DNA of 64,000 nucleotides, taken from positions 11,360,909 to 11,424,908 of the forward strand of contig CM082580.2 in NCBI GenBank assembly GCA_040954595.2, in the 5' to 3' direction. A program made the position numbers and the translations under genes. The notes below the pieces were generated by a model. It was not told where the DNA came from and did not search any database. It was given only the letters and a program-made list of their open reading frames with translations. This DNA comes from Balanoglossus misakiensis. Lineage: Eukaryota; Animalia; Hemichordata. The stretch's first letter is position 1, and every line of letters begins with the position of its first letter. Of this stretch, positions 34,205 through 49,831 are shown piece after piece.

Positions 34205-37200
34205 ATGAACCACGCTTTATGTTAGGAGCGCCATGATAGGCTGGGTGAAAACCTTCCCCTGCGGTATTACGTTCGCAGACATTGAAAACATTAACATAGG
34301 ATATGAAAACGCATTTTTGACCAAAATTAAGTTCTGGTGCGCCATTTCCCAATAAGCTGTTACTGGCACTGCAGTCCAGTTGAAACACACGGGCTTTCAT
34401 TGATTTTCCAGTGAGAGAAATCGCGGGGAAATTACCTTAAATTACATTTTTTTTAATTCTAGGGCGATGGCCGTGCTCGGTGCATCAACACAACTGGCGA
34501 CAGCTTGTTCGTATATTAAAGTCCGTTTGCCGGATTAGGGCCATGAAACGAAGGTTTTGGGGTGACCAAACTTCCCATGGATCATTTATACTTCATTAAA
34601 CAGGACAAAAATAAAATAAATAACTACAAAATAAATTAAAATGCATTACATTTTCCATTTCATGTATGAGTATCACCAAGGCAAAGGGGTAACTATTTGC
34701 TGGCGTGCAATGAATTGGGATGTCATGATAATAAGAGACAATTGAACATTTAATTTTTTAGTCGTTATGAAATTCCGATGCTTCGCAAACAACGATTGAC
34801 AATTTTCCAGATAGTAGAGAAAAATTTCGATCATGGATCAGTGCAGTGGGAAACGCAAGGTGCAGGAATAGCAGGGAAACTGGAATGAGCGAGTCACCGA
34901 ACCACGGAGGCGCGCAGGGCACAGCGCGGTGGCGGTCCGACCTCGTCCACGGTAAGCGTGATCCCCAGGTCGATGTACATGTATACGCAGTTGTTAGGAT
35001 TCTATTGTTCGGCTATGTGACAGCTGGAATGATTCAGTGACGGTGTTTTGGTCGGGAGTATCAGTTGCTGCGCATGATCGGGGCATAAAACTCTCGGGAA
35101 ACCTAATCATCACTGTCTACATATTAAATACGTGCACAGCTATACACCAAAACTGGAATCCGTTCATTTGTCGCAAGTAAAACGACAAGCGAAGTTGCTC
35201 CAGCCTCCCCCCGCCCCTCAACAAAAATACCAACGCTATACAGAGATACATGCAGCGATACACAAAACGAACTCCATCACTTCAGAAATGCGCTGACCTT
35301 GTTTGTCAAAGTGGAATCGCTTCACTCTCCCGCTACGTGATACTTATCTTGCTGTCTGCCGCCAACTCGCGGGAAGAACGGGACTATTTCCCCCCGATGG
35401 TGATGTTTATCGCACAATGACAATACAGGACCATTAGCAACGACGGTATCTCACATTTCAACATCCGAAGAGTTGAAAAGCGATTGCCGACGAACTAGAT
35501 AAACGAAAGCCGTGCTCTGCTATGGAGCAACTCAACCAAAAACATCCATTTCCACCCAAAACACGTGTTTTTATCATAATGTCTCATCTCAAAATGAGAT
35601 GCGACTTCGACACGCTGGACGAGACACTACCTTTTGAGAAGCGTATCTATTCCGTAAAGCACGTGCAGTCCGTTCGTGATAGGAACAAGTCATTCCAGCC
35701 GTGTTAGGGCAGTCTTTGACCGATAATATTTCGCGACGACACAGGGATAATTTGATGAAAATAGGTACACGTATCACCCATTTTGGCGCGATAACTTCTC
35801 GCGACTGCAAAAAATGACAGTGCAGGAATTTTCGTAGAGAAAGAAATGCATTTACGTTACACAACTTCACATTGACGAAATTGAACTCAACATTGTTCAA
35901 CGTGACCTTATTGTGTACACGGGGACGTCTTTTCACAAGTCTTTTGGAAATAAAACTTGACAGGGGTCGTCTTTAGTCATCAACCGATATCTCCCACATT
36001 GAAAAGAGAGTGAGACCTTTTCTCTCGATCAAACCCCGTATGAAATGACTACCCGCATACTGTTTAGCTGCGCTCAAAGACAAAAATCAATGACTTTGCA
36101 TGGCATGCGCGCGATGCGATTGTTCAAAACTGCGCACTTACACAACGGGCACCTGTCAGAAAACCAATTCCTGAGGACGATTACAGCAGAATTAATTTTG
36201 GTAAAGCGTCAACCACTTTATCAAAGTTGATGACCTTTCTAATCCTGCGACAACCTTGAGACATTCAAGATGAAAGTGAATTCTCAGTCGGTTTATATAT
36301 ATATCACTGGCATTCAAAGAAAGAAAACTAAAATGGTCTGATAATTTGCCGAGGTGTCAGACAGATGTATGCCAATGGATAAGATAAAATGTTTTTGTGG
36401 AGCTTTCTATCTTATCACAGAACTTAAATTGTTTATTTGTCGCGTGTAATCGATGGAACAATCTTTTTTTTAATATTACGGAGTACAATTATCAGATGGT
36501 TCGATTTCGATTGCGAGGGGGGGGGGGGTGACCTGCATGCGTGGTGCATCATATTGTTATTCTGATGACATTTTCAGTTATTGATTTCCCCGAAAGTAAT
36601 GCAGTTAACACCACTATGAGTATCTATTTTGTGAGGGCTTATAAACAGAAGAATACGAGCAGGTATCTATGCCTAACGCACCAGTTATTAGTCTTCGTCA
36701 CTTATCCTCTCCATTAGTAGAGAGTTCTATAACCTTGGCGAACGTCGGTGATACTGGCCGTTCTGCCCATGCACTTTAACGTAAGTTCATGAAGAATGTA
36801 ATTTCACTCACGTCTTACCTCGAACACCGCGGAAGTTCCCACGTTGTAGTCCACGTAGTGTGCCCGCGACACGGCCCAGAACGGCTCCAATTCGAACTGC
36901 GCTCACAGAACACAAACTATCACAACTTCGTGAAGTTCCACAGGCCTTTACAAAGTCCCGACTGCGGTCACAATATTCATGCCAAAACTGACTCCACCAC
37001 ACAGGCACATTACCAATAAAATTGGATCCAAAACTCCGACAAGGAGACCGCTATCAGGCCAGTTTCTTAGCAGCAAAACCAACATGGCGACGTTAGGATT
37101 TCTACACGAGGTAAAATAATTAATTCCTAACACCTGGTCACGCAAACATTCAAATAACGAAAGCAAAAGATAGCTTCACGTGGTGCTGTCAATATTATTT

Positions 37201-40200
37201 GCATGGACTCGCTATCAACACGTGTTGTTTACGGCCTTTGAGTAAGGTGACTGACCGGATGAGTTTGACAGGTCATGTAAATCTACATATTGCAAGTGCT
37301 GCATCTGTTGGTTGTCAGCGAGTGCACCAATCAGCTTCGTGGTCACAATTAAGGCGTCCTGAGTGATATATAAACTTGTATACTGCAAAATCGGACATTA
37401 AAAGGGGCTAATAATCCAGATTTCGTTGTCACCATTTCATTTTGAGTCAACAAATATAATGCTGACCTGACCTCATTCGTATGCGAATTAATATCACAGT
37501 CAACTGTACGATTTCCTACCATCCCGTGACAGTTTGGTTGTTTTTAAGTAAGTTCATCCACATTTTGTGTGTTTTGTGAAAATATGAGGAAGTGCTCCCA
37601 TCTCTTTGTAGTTATTTCACCATCACCATTGTCGACCAATGGTCAAAGATCACCAGAGATCGTCCGAGACAATTGGTTTGTTATTCCATGCTTTATGTCG
37701 TCAAATGCCATTGTCACAAATCAGCGCACGTGTAACATTTACGGTCTTGCTTCCGGCTAGACCCTTCCGAATCAAAACAGCGAGCGACATTTGACGCGGA
37801 TTTCCTCCGGGATGTACTCAGTGCCTAGAGTAACTTGCAAACAGATTTTCTGTTGATTTTTGGCGATGGACACTATTGCCGCTTTATGTTGCTTCCTTTT
37901 GACGCGCGTTTTCCCGGGGATTTTGGCGCACTCATTAACGACCAATTAACCTGTGTCAATAGTCCGCGCAACGGTCTTAATTACAGGGACATAGATAATT
38001 TGATTACAAGCGCACGGCACTTTGTAGACGTTGCGAGACAAATGCGTTACAAAAACAAAACGACGCATAAACATCACATTCAAGGAATATGAAATAATGA
38101 AGTCTGCCCGAAAAACGTAGCAGACCATATAATTGCAATAACATACTTAGTTTTAACGAGCGGCGATATAAAATAATTGATTTTAACAAAAAATCCAAAG
38201 ATAACAATGCGACGAATGGACAAGCTTTACAGCCAATAGATCTATCGAACTCTGCGACCAATACTCAAATCATTCTTTGAATACAGTAAAAAGATTACAG
38301 ATTTAGAAACTAATAAGTTTTTTTTTTCGCGAAGATTATCGCCTGCGCTCGTTTCAATTCCAGTCGAATTGGTATAGTTTGGTTTTGTTGTGATAACAAA
38401 ATGCATATTAATTGCGGCGAATGTGTTATTTCAACATTAATTCGTGTTTACTTCGGAAAATTGAAATGATTTGCACTTGACAGATATCTGCGCCGACAAG
38501 CAGACGCGTAATCGAAGAAGCAGCGCTGTATATTGAAAAAAGCCGAATTGAGCAAATCCAGGCCGTGTGCGACAAATTTGCTTTTCAAATTTGTTTAACC
38601 GATGGTTTTTGTTCCGCACAGTTTACTTGTTGACTTTCGACACAGACGAGCCAAGGAAAGACACGTGGTATGTTGATGGAGGGGTTTTAGTGACATAGTG
38701 TGAAACACGAAAATCGCCCCGGAGTAAAGGTTCCACGAGCGGTTCGGCGACCAAAAGCAAACGCAACACGCACTAGGCACACATTCGCGAATCTTGACAC
38801 ATCAGTGTTCGAGAATCAGACTCGTGACGTTCAGAAATGCATTATTTGCCCCCCCCCCCCTTCCCCTTCCCCGCCGATAGTATGTGTTCACGATCATCGT
38901 AGCTTGGAGACAAAATTGATGAAAAGTTGACGCAGTAACTGTTCTTGCGCCGCTCAGTTAGAACGACGGTTGGGGATCTATCAAGAAAATAGACATAAAA
39001 TTTTCACATTTGAGAAGATCGACATAGGTACTGTTAGACATGATACCCCGTCCATTCAGTTGTTCAGTCATAATTGTATTTATGTCATCATCGCCCCCGC
39101 TATGCAAACATAGACCGATTGTGGGTTCGCAAGAAATGCTTTGAAATAATGGGTACTATGCGTGTAATTGCATCGACCGCCGTAGACGCGGCGCCATAAA
39201 CAACGTGAGTCAAAGTTTTGTAAGAAAAATAAATGTGTCTATTATCAGAAGAATCCACCTTATAAAATTTCCAGACGAATATAAAACACCAATGCGATGA
39301 TGAAGAAGAACAGCCAGTGTGATTTAACGTAAAATGAAATGAAATGTATTATTTCGCTTTGATATTTGTCTCCCGTCCCTCCGTTTACAACGCATAAGTA
39401 TAATACATCAACATGCATTGAAAAGCGTGCATTGCCTTAGGCGATAGACTTGCCCGCTTCGCTTGTTTTCGACGACGTCGTTGATTCGAGTCGGCTGATT
39501 GAAGGAGAATCGTGTTTTCATAGACCGTATTGTATCTTTGCAACAACAATTGATGTACTAGTTCAAAAGAAAATTACATGTTTAACAGTTGTAAATCTTC
39601 AAATTTTATGTGCACTCGAATTTAGGAAGTCGGTTCAAGTTCAAATATTAGTTTTAGAAGTTACAAGGTGAAAACAGTTGCGATTCGCTTTGGATTAAAA
39701 ACAGTCGTACGTTTTGCGAAGGGAAAATCGATTTTAATTTCCATCTCAAACAGTTTAAATTTAGGATGTTTTCTCTGGCCAATGGTTAAAGCTATTATCA
39801 CTGTAAACTGAACAAGCCTCCAATTCGGTGGTTTTTTAATAAACTGTTTTTCTATCGTCCTATTATTCCTTCATTTTAGCCTCTTATTCATTTGCCCATG
39901 GTCTAATACAAATGATGAAGTACTTTTGCGTTCTTAGACATGGGAACGATAAACCTTTTTCATGCGAAAGATTTCATTTGTGATTCAGGCAGAAATGTAA
40001 ACGGCAATTGTGAAAATTATTCACTCAATACATTTCAACATAAAACGATTTCTTGGCTTTCCCAACGGCCCAGACTACGGGACAGATAAGCTTGGACTCA
40101 GTACGGGAGAATCGCTTTGTCCTCGGGATGGGCAAATTTGCATGTTGTGTAACACCGTTGTCAATCGCGTGGCCCGCATTGACTATTTAACGTGGTTGGT

Positions 40201-43136
40201 ACGGCTTGTTTGTTGGAAGGTTTGGTCTTTCTCTTCTTCCCCCGCCCTGGAACATGTTACACACACCTACAGAGTTTAACCTTGGGCCTAAGATTTAAAG
40301 ATTTAAAGCCCCACCTGTTTTTTGGCGCCGAAGGAGAACAAACCGAGCGGACGACCGTCCACTTTTGAATCGTTCAACATCAGTAGTGGGTTACGTCATC
40401 CACAAATCCTCTCGCCATTTGTTTCCTGACAAGGATAGGTCGATTGTTTGACTCCGTTTAGTAGCAGGGGATTTTGCTGATGATTTGCCCAACAAAGGAA
40501 AATCACGAAAATAAAGCATTTATATGTAATAAAACTGTATTCAACGCCCAATACTCCTCACATTTTGAAGCGTTCGCCACTTTTTAATAGTTCTTTCCCG
40601 CCTTTATTTTGTTTGAACATCTGCTTCCTGTTCTTCGTCTGAAAGCCATGAGAAATAACAGCTAACAATCGGTTTTTTTTTCTTCGGAATACTGACGGGT
40701 AATTTCTTGAACGTTCACTCCTAGCGCTGTATATATTTTTTATTATAATGACAGCAGTTTGGGACCTGGCCATGTCCCACAGCAGGTGCCGAAAATCCCG
40801 TACCAAGGGAACCAAGTCCCTAGTTGGACGGAAACTTTTCAAATCTCTTTATCCCGGTCACTGAGCGAAACAAACTCCCTGAAATAGAAAGGCAAAATAG
40901 CAGGCCAAAGTAATTAGGAGATTTTCTTTTTTTTCCAACTTTTTCTAACCAATTATGTATCATTAGAAACACCTAATTGTACCGTACCGTGTCGTGTCGC
41001 CTTGTGCCGTTGACTTCGCGAAGAGTCAGATTCGTATGCGAATGGTGAGGTACTAACTGAGTATCTGAGGACATGTTTGACTGACGTGGTCCACACTGAG
41101 GACCATAACACACACTCAAGTAATAAGAAAAAAACAACCACCGTCCTTGTTTTAGAACAGGGGACAACACCTTGTCAAAAAGACCAACACTTTCGATTGA
41201 AAACGAAACGAACTGAAAGCGAACTTTTGCGCAAATTTTTTGAAGTGTCTTCGGTTGTGATAACCACCACATCTGAGCTGCAAACAACATGAAGTCGTCG
41301 GGACTTTGTCACGTTTTACCATAAAAGTGTTGGTGAATTTTCAATGACATACTAAAATAGCATTTACGAGCACTATGACGCATTGATGGAAATCTACACC
41401 TTTTTATCGATTGCATTTAAATGCTTTTCGGTATCGCGTTAATGATTTTTGCCAACTACTCCCAGCATCTTTTATGTGTTATAAACTTTCTTCCATAAAT
41501 ATCGGGAGAGCGCAACTGTTATTTGGAGAAAAGGGACCTTGCGCGTTTGTTTATTATCAGCTGAACTTTCTATTGATTAATGATAAAGTAAAATAAAATA
41601 TAAACGGTGCATATAAAGCGATACTAGGGTGAAAGTGAGTTCTATTACCAAGCAAATTACGCGCTGTTCGTGAAAATGGAAATTTCATAAAGTGAACTTT
41701 CATGTTTCAAACTGTGTGTTGACATAACAAACAGGAGAACCCCGTGAGGGTTTGGCGAACTATAATGTCGCATTGACCACTGATGCCAAACTCGAAAGCT
41801 CCTTACGTTGAGTTGTCACAAAATTCCGTAAACACTAAAATAAAATGATCGATCGGCTTAGAAATGTCATATATGTAATTCAAATCTCGTTAGTTTTACT
41901 TGTATATTTTCTGGAACACCGTATGAATGCTTAGAGCTTTTTAAAAGTCTTTTCGTATCCATTTGTCTAAGACACGAGCTTCTAGTATATGCAGATAGGG
42001 ATATTAGACTTTTAAAAAGAGTGTATATTTCTATCGTATCTGGCGCCCAGTTTGACCATATGCTTACACCCGAAAGACGGCTGTCAGAACGAGACTTGGG
42101 ACATTCTTTTGTCGACTGCATGGAGGGCCAACTTCTCCAGGGAACCCCGGCAGATTGGTGAATTCTGGAACTGCTCTCTGTGTCGACTTATCAGTGCTGC
42201 AAATTATATTTAATCAAATTTCTCCTTTTTACTTCGTTGTTTAGGAGGACAAAAGCCAGCAACACGGACAAATTAAATGGGTTGCCGGCCATACGTGTAT
42301 GTGTCTCCGTACATCATGGGCCTGCGCGTGGTACATTGAGCGATGTTTTCCAGGGAAAACTCGCTTCAGTGAATTCATTGTGTTTGCGCAGGGGGGCCGC
42401 CACTCCCCGAATGACTTCATTTTTCATTTCGCTGGTTGACGGATTTCTGCCGGGCAAAGGACACTGTTCCACATGTAAACAAAGTAAGCACCCGACCAGA
42501 CTGCTACCAAACGTTTGGTCGTGTCGAAGCGGGTCCTGCATTGCGGAGTTGGCGAACGGACAAGAATAAATGATGCCGACAAAAGGGGGACACTGACCCT
42601 TAATTAACTCGCGATTTTCTTTGTTTACTATTTTCAGGTTACTGGTACGGTATATGCCGTCAGCTAACACTGTGAAGACTGAACACTCACACACTGACGT
42701 ATCAGCATCAAAACTATGATCAAGCCGAGCAGCCAGAGATGTCCACAACTCTCGAAAGACAACTTGTTCGAGGAATACCTGTTTCAGGCCACTATGATCA
42801 ACGTTTTAAGAGAAGGCTTATAGCATGACAACAGCGTGAATAACCACGATATAGTTCGCCCAAACGATTTCATGGGAAATAAGTCCAAAAGTATTGCTTT
42901 CTGTTATCCCACATAAAATGGGTCAACCACGGCGATATTTTTTTGTTTCATTCTGTAAGTTCACGTGACTCGCACCCTTTCAATTAAATATCGCTCGAGT
43001 GTTGGTCTTGAAAGAATAGACCAAAAACGATCGTTAACCCGGACCAACTTCTGGTGTGCCTTCATCTTAATCTTTCTCTACCGAAGAAGACATTCCACCG
43101 ACACGCCGACGAAACTTGCCACTCGAAAGGCAGACG

Positions 43137-43374
<238 letters not shown>

Positions 43375-46300
43375 CCGTCCTCCAAGGATTTTCAAACAAT
43401 CTGGAAAAAAAATATCAAAATGTTCTTGCTTCTGTCTATTTATAAGTGAAGGCATCATTGTATACAACGCCAGAGGAAACGCCGAATGCAAGAATGTGGA
43501 TCGATTGGTGTGCAATTCTTCTTTATCTGCTAAACTGTCCTATTAAGTTAAACTTCGACGCAAACATCTGCTCTATTCATCGACGGTTTTGACTTTTTGT
43601 TTCAAATTAGAATAATCGGCCATATGGAAAATCCGTTGGCAATTAGCTGGGTACCGTATCCCGCATTGTATTGTCATTTTCAATGGAGAAACAAGTGAGT
43701 TCCGACACAGTGTATCAAGAAAACCCAAGTCATAAAAACGACCGTTGTTTTTTGTTTAAGCTCTTCTGTGTAATTGCGTTTTTTTCTCTCTTTTATATCT
43801 ATTCCCATTTAAGAACTTAAAGATAATACTCAGCAAGTTCTTTGTGGCAATAACAGAAAGGCATGGCGAGGAAATCGTTAATCAGTGGATTGTGGTCACA
43901 ACGTAGAAAACCAAAGGTTCCTCAAGGGATGACAACTTGTATGAAATGTCGATTCTATTCTAAATTCTTCCCATACTTAACGAAATTCAACAATTCTTTC
44001 AAAGAAATGGTTAAAGAACTCATTTGCTATTTCGAAAATGCAGACAATGAACCGCGCCGGCAAGATATCGCATTTCGGATAAAACTACAAGGCACTGTGG
44101 GAATGTGCTAATACCCCCAACAAATACTAGTTGTTTGGGGGTAATACGCAATCTACTTAAGCTTTAATCCACCTGAATTTTTAAATAATAGTCTTCTAAT
44201 TTAGTGACGCCGCTCCTCCAGTGAAAGTGAGAGGATTTTGTAGTCACCGAAATTAATCCATCGCACGCGTAGCATCATTTCCCACGGGGTTCCTGTTAAA
44301 CCCACACGTTATAAAGTATTCAATGTATTCTCTTGTTTTGAACGCGCCCCGATGAATATTACTCATTGGGTACATCGGACGCTCTTTAAAAGTGTAAATA
44401 AATAAAAACAAAATAAGCAAAATAACTGAGCGGGTAAGCAAATAAAAGAGGTTTCATCACGCTTAATACAGGAAAAACACGACATTTTCAAATTTCACCC
44501 AATTTTAGTTTTCTGGTCACGTGGACCGTTTTCTTAAAGCTCTCACACAGGGTAATCCAATCGTGCATAAGTATAGCTACTGCTACTAACGACTTTCGTG
44601 AAATTTCGCTGCATTATTCTTTGTCTTTGCAGTGGTGTATACATGTCAACGGTCACTTCAATATGTGGGTAAATACACTAATTAGCCGATCAATTGTTTC
44701 AAAGCTGATTGCACGTGGCTGGTCATCACAAAGGCACCCAAAGCCTTTCCCAGCGCTGCGAGAGATTATCTCGACCACGTCGCGGAGTCAATTTGTTAAA
44801 ATGCCGTAGAGAGAAAAGTAAAGAGCTTTCTATAATTTCTCAAGTATGTAAATAGACCGCCTATCACAGTCCCGCCCACGTGACCCGTGCTGCTGGAAAG
44901 GAATCTTACGCTCTGTCTCGCGCGCGCTCGGCGGATCCGTCACCCACAGCCCGGTTGGACTGTTGTCGCACTCTCGATTAGAATCTACCTGCAGCGTATA
45001 ACGTTTCACGGGCGTCCATTCAATGTCCAGACACGCAAAAAAGGGAAATTATCGGCTTCTTCTAAAGTGTGAACGATGTGAAAATTGGTGTGGGCTTTTT
45101 GCCCACACATCGACACATCAAAATTTATTTCTCACGGACACTGGAGCCTTGCAAATCATTTTTGGTTGAATCGTCCAAAAACGGACAAGTGCAGAGGGTC
45201 GAATGGTGCCGTAGGTCGGCGTCCGTTACGAATACTAGGCTAAATAACTTCACTACTCAACACATGAAACTGTCAACCTGGTGTGATAATACTGTAAATG
45301 CAATGTCTACTGGTTTTGAGGAAAAAATCATCGTGACTCACTCGCGCGAAGACATTTGTCTGATTTGAAATTGTCACCACACTTCCACACGATGAATGGC
45401 AATTTGTTGCCTTACCCAACATCACCAATAAATACTACATGTAAATGCTTGTCTGTGGTATAATACAGTCCAGCATGTGTGCTTAGCCAGTAAGGGCACA
45501 CAAGTGCCGAGAATGAGTTTCCTCGCCTCTTATGAAATAACCGGAAATATGAGTAAATCACACACAAGTGCACTGTATTGGTTTTAATGCGACATTCGTT
45601 TTCATGAAGTGACTTTCCCTTTCGTCGAGTAATCGAATCGAATGTCACCCACGGTGGGGGGCGGGGAGGGGGGTAAATGACCTCGCGGCTTTTCAAAACA
45701 AAATTTGCCACGCCCAATTTATGACGCCGCGTAGCGTATTGCGCGCCGCGAAGATCCTGATGTGACTTACGCGCAACTTCATCGCAGTTTTGCGGGGTTT
45801 TGGAGTAGTCTGAGATTTTTAAATGACAGTTTGGTCACATCGACCGCGACAAGACTTCGACGAGACACTGCGACAAGACGAAATCCGTTGTCCTGCTGGT
45901 ACCTGTCCGATAAATTGAAACTTTCGCATTTTTCTTTCTTTCCACGAGATGTTTTACTCCTATCCCCAGATCCAAAAAAAAAAACATTCCCTGGCACCGT
46001 CGGTGCAGCAAATGAACAACAAACGCAGACAGCAAACCTCGTCATTCCGATCACGTACGGCTATTGAATGAAGTCAGTAAACCAAACACAGTCTCCTGGG
46101 TCAGTGAGGGTGGTGATCGAGTTCTTTGTTCTTAAACACACGTTAGCTTAGAGTCACAGGCCACGCTTTACAGACCTAAAACTGTCGTTACTCGGCAAGG
46201 ACTTAAAAAAGTGTTTAAATTAGGGTAATTTAGTTCAGCTACCCATATTTCTTGTTTAATTCCATCGAAAGCTACGATCTTATCTTCACGAACAAGAAAT

Positions 46301-48925
46301 CTTGAATCCGTACGATTCTGTGTTGGGCAGATCATATTTTTTTTAAGTTTCGGGATCGAGCATGCGATAATAAAAAATCATGGAAATACTGTAAATTGGC
46401 AGTTTATGAGTACAATATGTTCGCATCCACGAGCCTTTACCAAGCAGTGCTATTTGCGTTTACATGAGAATAACAAGTGGAACTTTTTATGACACTGTTG
46501 AAGATAACCCGATTAGGATACACGTGCAGTGCGTTAAGTATACGCGCACGATATGTTTGGACGCGTCGACGTTCCCCCCGTGGGCACATAGAGTGTGTGT
46601 AGCGCCCGAAGAGACTTTTTCCCACATGACGGTGTGTTCACAGAGAAGACACAAAAAATACGCGTTTTCCCGATAAAAAGAGACTAAATTTTAACATTTT
46701 TCTTTATATATCTGACCGATGTGTTTGCTATCAAAATGAAATCAATGACTCGGGTGTACATCTGCAGCGACGCATACATGTATCTGAAATAAAGATCTAT
46801 TGCAACAGTTTCTGTGTGTACGATACAAGTGTGTACAGTAACTTCCGGATTGGGTTAATTAATCAGACCATTACAAACCTACTAGTATTAACTAACGGGG
46901 GACAAACAATCCTCTTATCAAAGCATGTGATCAAAGTGTAAGTGAATAGTGCGTTTATCCGCGTGACGTTTTAAGGCGGGACTGTGATTAACTCTAGACT
47001 CGACTTGTATCCAATGAGAAGGTCAGTATGATAATTCGCGTGGCTCGATTTCGTCACGATGCCCTTCCAAGAGTTTGGTGAGACGTTGAGCACCCAAGCA
47101 AAATAAGAGGAAACGTACTTCTCTCACATTTCTTAAAGTACATGTTTGTGTGATGCCGGTTGATGCTAATGGTGCAATAGTTGATCCCATAGCATAGCTC
47201 ATCGATATCACTCATTTCAAAATACCGAATACTGATCTGAGCCAGGGCATGTGGTTGTGGAAGGTTTTCATGAACGACGCTGGTTGTACATCCATGAGCG
47301 GTAGAGTGAGTTCCCCCTTTCCAAGCCGCGGACCAAGTTACATTATAACTTTTCTTTTTCAAACAGAGTTTAATAAGATTTTCATAGTTATGAAATACGT
47401 ATTTAATCCGCGGGAGTGCGGTCATAAAAAGCGGCAGTCAGAGGGTCTTTTCATTCGTAAGCCAACAATCGCTCATGTGCGCATTGTTGGGGATTGACAA
47501 TTTGTCATGTGAGGGAGCCCGCCAGACACGTACCGTTAACTCTTACCGGCGGTGCAAATGCCCAGCGAGAACAATGTGAGAGCCAGCCGAGGGGGACTCC
47601 GGCAATCTGAATCGAATTAAAAAGTCGTTTTGTCGCTATTTGACATTCCCTCTTCTCCCCACCCTCTTTACGCGCGCACAACCGGGGATCCGTGGGGAAC
47701 TAACGTGAGTTGAATGGTCGGAGATGAATAGAACAGCGGGGACCATCGACACAATGTCAATGAGATCCGTCGATGGGGACGCGCTTCACGCAGCGATGTG
47801 AACTCCCTTTTAAGACCGAACGAGTCAACGCGAATCGGGGTACATACAGTCTAGCCAGCGACCCAGTCCACCATTCGTTTTACACGCAAACCATCCGAAG
47901 GTGAACCGCTACTTTTTGGGGGTGGGGAGGGGAGTTGGCTTTGACGACAAAAACTGGAGTGTGTGTGACACAAGTCTTGCGTTGTCGTCCCACTTTGGGC
48001 TTGCACCTTCAGTTCAAGTTGGGAACTTTGTGAAAAACTTCGTGAAAAATACAACCATAAACACATAATATCTCGTTCATATGATATTTAATAAATTGTA
48101 TAATAAAATATTTCATAATTAAAATTCTCCTCAAAAACGCTATATAAAGGACAGCATAAATCTATTATATTAGAACTTAAAATATTTCTCTTGAAATTTT
48201 GGATTCAATTAAGTGTTACAGTTTTAAACATTAAAGACAACAAAGTAAGAAAGTTTAAGAAAATTATGGATGTGTGTTCTCTGCGGCATGGTAACCGCAA
48301 CGGCCTTGTCAGTTCGGCAAAGCTCACATCTACTCGAGGTGAGCAAAAGAGCGGTGTGCATGGCGTAGTCGTGAAAAACTACAAGGTCACGAGAGGTCAA
48401 CTCACACGGTCGTAAAAACCACTGCGTTAAATAAGTTTCATTATGCTTGTTTCAAAAACAAGCGACAGTGCAGGAAAAAAAACTAACAGAAGTATTGATT
48501 TCAGGCTGAAAACTCGGTAACTGTTATAGTTTTCTCTCTCCCTCGTCAGTATTCTATAATAGCAAAGGAATATTTTGGCGTAGTGAATAAATCTTTGGTT
48601 AAGAAGACATTTGACAGTGATGATTTAATGACTGTTAAATTTTGATTCAGCAGTCAAACACGATCTCACAACAGAGATAATACAAGTAGATATACACTTA
48701 GAAAATTAGCAAAGCTTGGGTGAGCATTTCTACCATCATTACAATTGGAACGTTAGTGTTGCACTCGACCGGGCTGGCAGCGCTCGACGCCGCAGCTTTC
48801 GATCCCGGCCCGTGGTTCTGCTACATCGCCGGTATGTACTCGGCCATTGGACGCAAGTCTTAATATTTCAGTAGGTAGTACATGTATTAAATTGCACGTA
48901 AATGGGTTTCAAACGAGACCATTAT

Positions 48926-49684
48926 TTACCAACTGAGTGACTGTGCATGAATGTCTTTGGAAATAATGGCAAGGCCGTCGTAGGCAGCGCTGGAGTTTGA
49001 CTTTGAGTTCGCGGAAAAGTTCGCCAGACTTTGACTGAAGCTTCGCAGGTTCGGGAGCTTCACCTCGTCGACGTTTTTGCCCTCGAGTACCTCCTTCAGA
49101 AAGGAAATGTAAACGATGGCGAGTTTCAGAGTCTCGATGCGGGACAGCCCCTTCTCGTATGCAAATGTCGGCACTTTCTTCCTGAGTTCGTCAAAAGCCT
49201 CGTTGATGTTAAACATTCGCCTTCTCTCGCGAATGTTCGCTGCTTTTCTCTGGGCGCCGTTTATGACCCTCTTCCTCTTCGGCTTCGCCTGCGTGCTCTG
49301 CCGTTGGAGGACGTGTTGGTCCGACGGGGGCTGGATCGGAGGCAGGGAGTCCAGTACCGTGGTCGGAGATGGAATGATGAAATCGCTCATATCTACCTGA
49401 GTCTGGGGGTACTCGACGTTGAGAGGCGGCGACTGGTTGACGCTGTAGACCGATGATTCCGGACTGGACATCACCCTCCCCTGATGATGATGATACTGTC
49501 CGTCTTCTGACGTGTGTTCTATCGTAGCCGGAACTTCCCAGCTCGAGTGCTGGTCTTGCGACGTGAAAAATTCGTCCTGGATCGCAGGCCAAGACATGAT
49601 GGACGTCAGATCGGCGAACGCACAGTCGGAGCTGTAGGCTTCGGGAGTTTGGTAGCCAGCGTCTCTTCTGGGTGAAAACTTCAT
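48926..49684 (-). CDS. FERD3L: Fer3/Nato3-like bHLH, paralogue 5, 252 aa, ending in QSLSW
   Basis: ATG at 49684 (acgATGa). [56 protein letters not shown] is Fer3-type. Confidence 0.88.
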   Translation of the reverse strand: MKFSPRRDAGYQTPEAYSSDCAFADLTSIMSWPAIQDEFFTSQDQHSSWEVPATIEHTSEDGQYHHHQGRVMSSPESSVYSVNQSPPLNVEYPQTQVDMSDFIIPSPTTVLDSLPPIQPPSDQHVLQRQSTQAKPKRKRVINGAQRKAANIRERRRMFNINEAFDELRKKVPTFAYEKGLSRIETLKLAIVYISFLKEVLEGKNVDEVKLPNLRSFSQSLANFSANSKSNSSAAYDGLAIISKDIHAQSLSW

Positions 49685-49831
49685 CGTCGGTCTTCAATAT
49701 GGTGATGACGGCTACGATGTGCTGCAGCAATACGGTGACAGTGTGTTTTATGGCTGGTCCGGTTCCGCACAATAGAGTCCGGTGGGGTGAAACGGTGCTT
49801 GGCTCGTGGGCGCTCTGAACCTTACTCTCCG

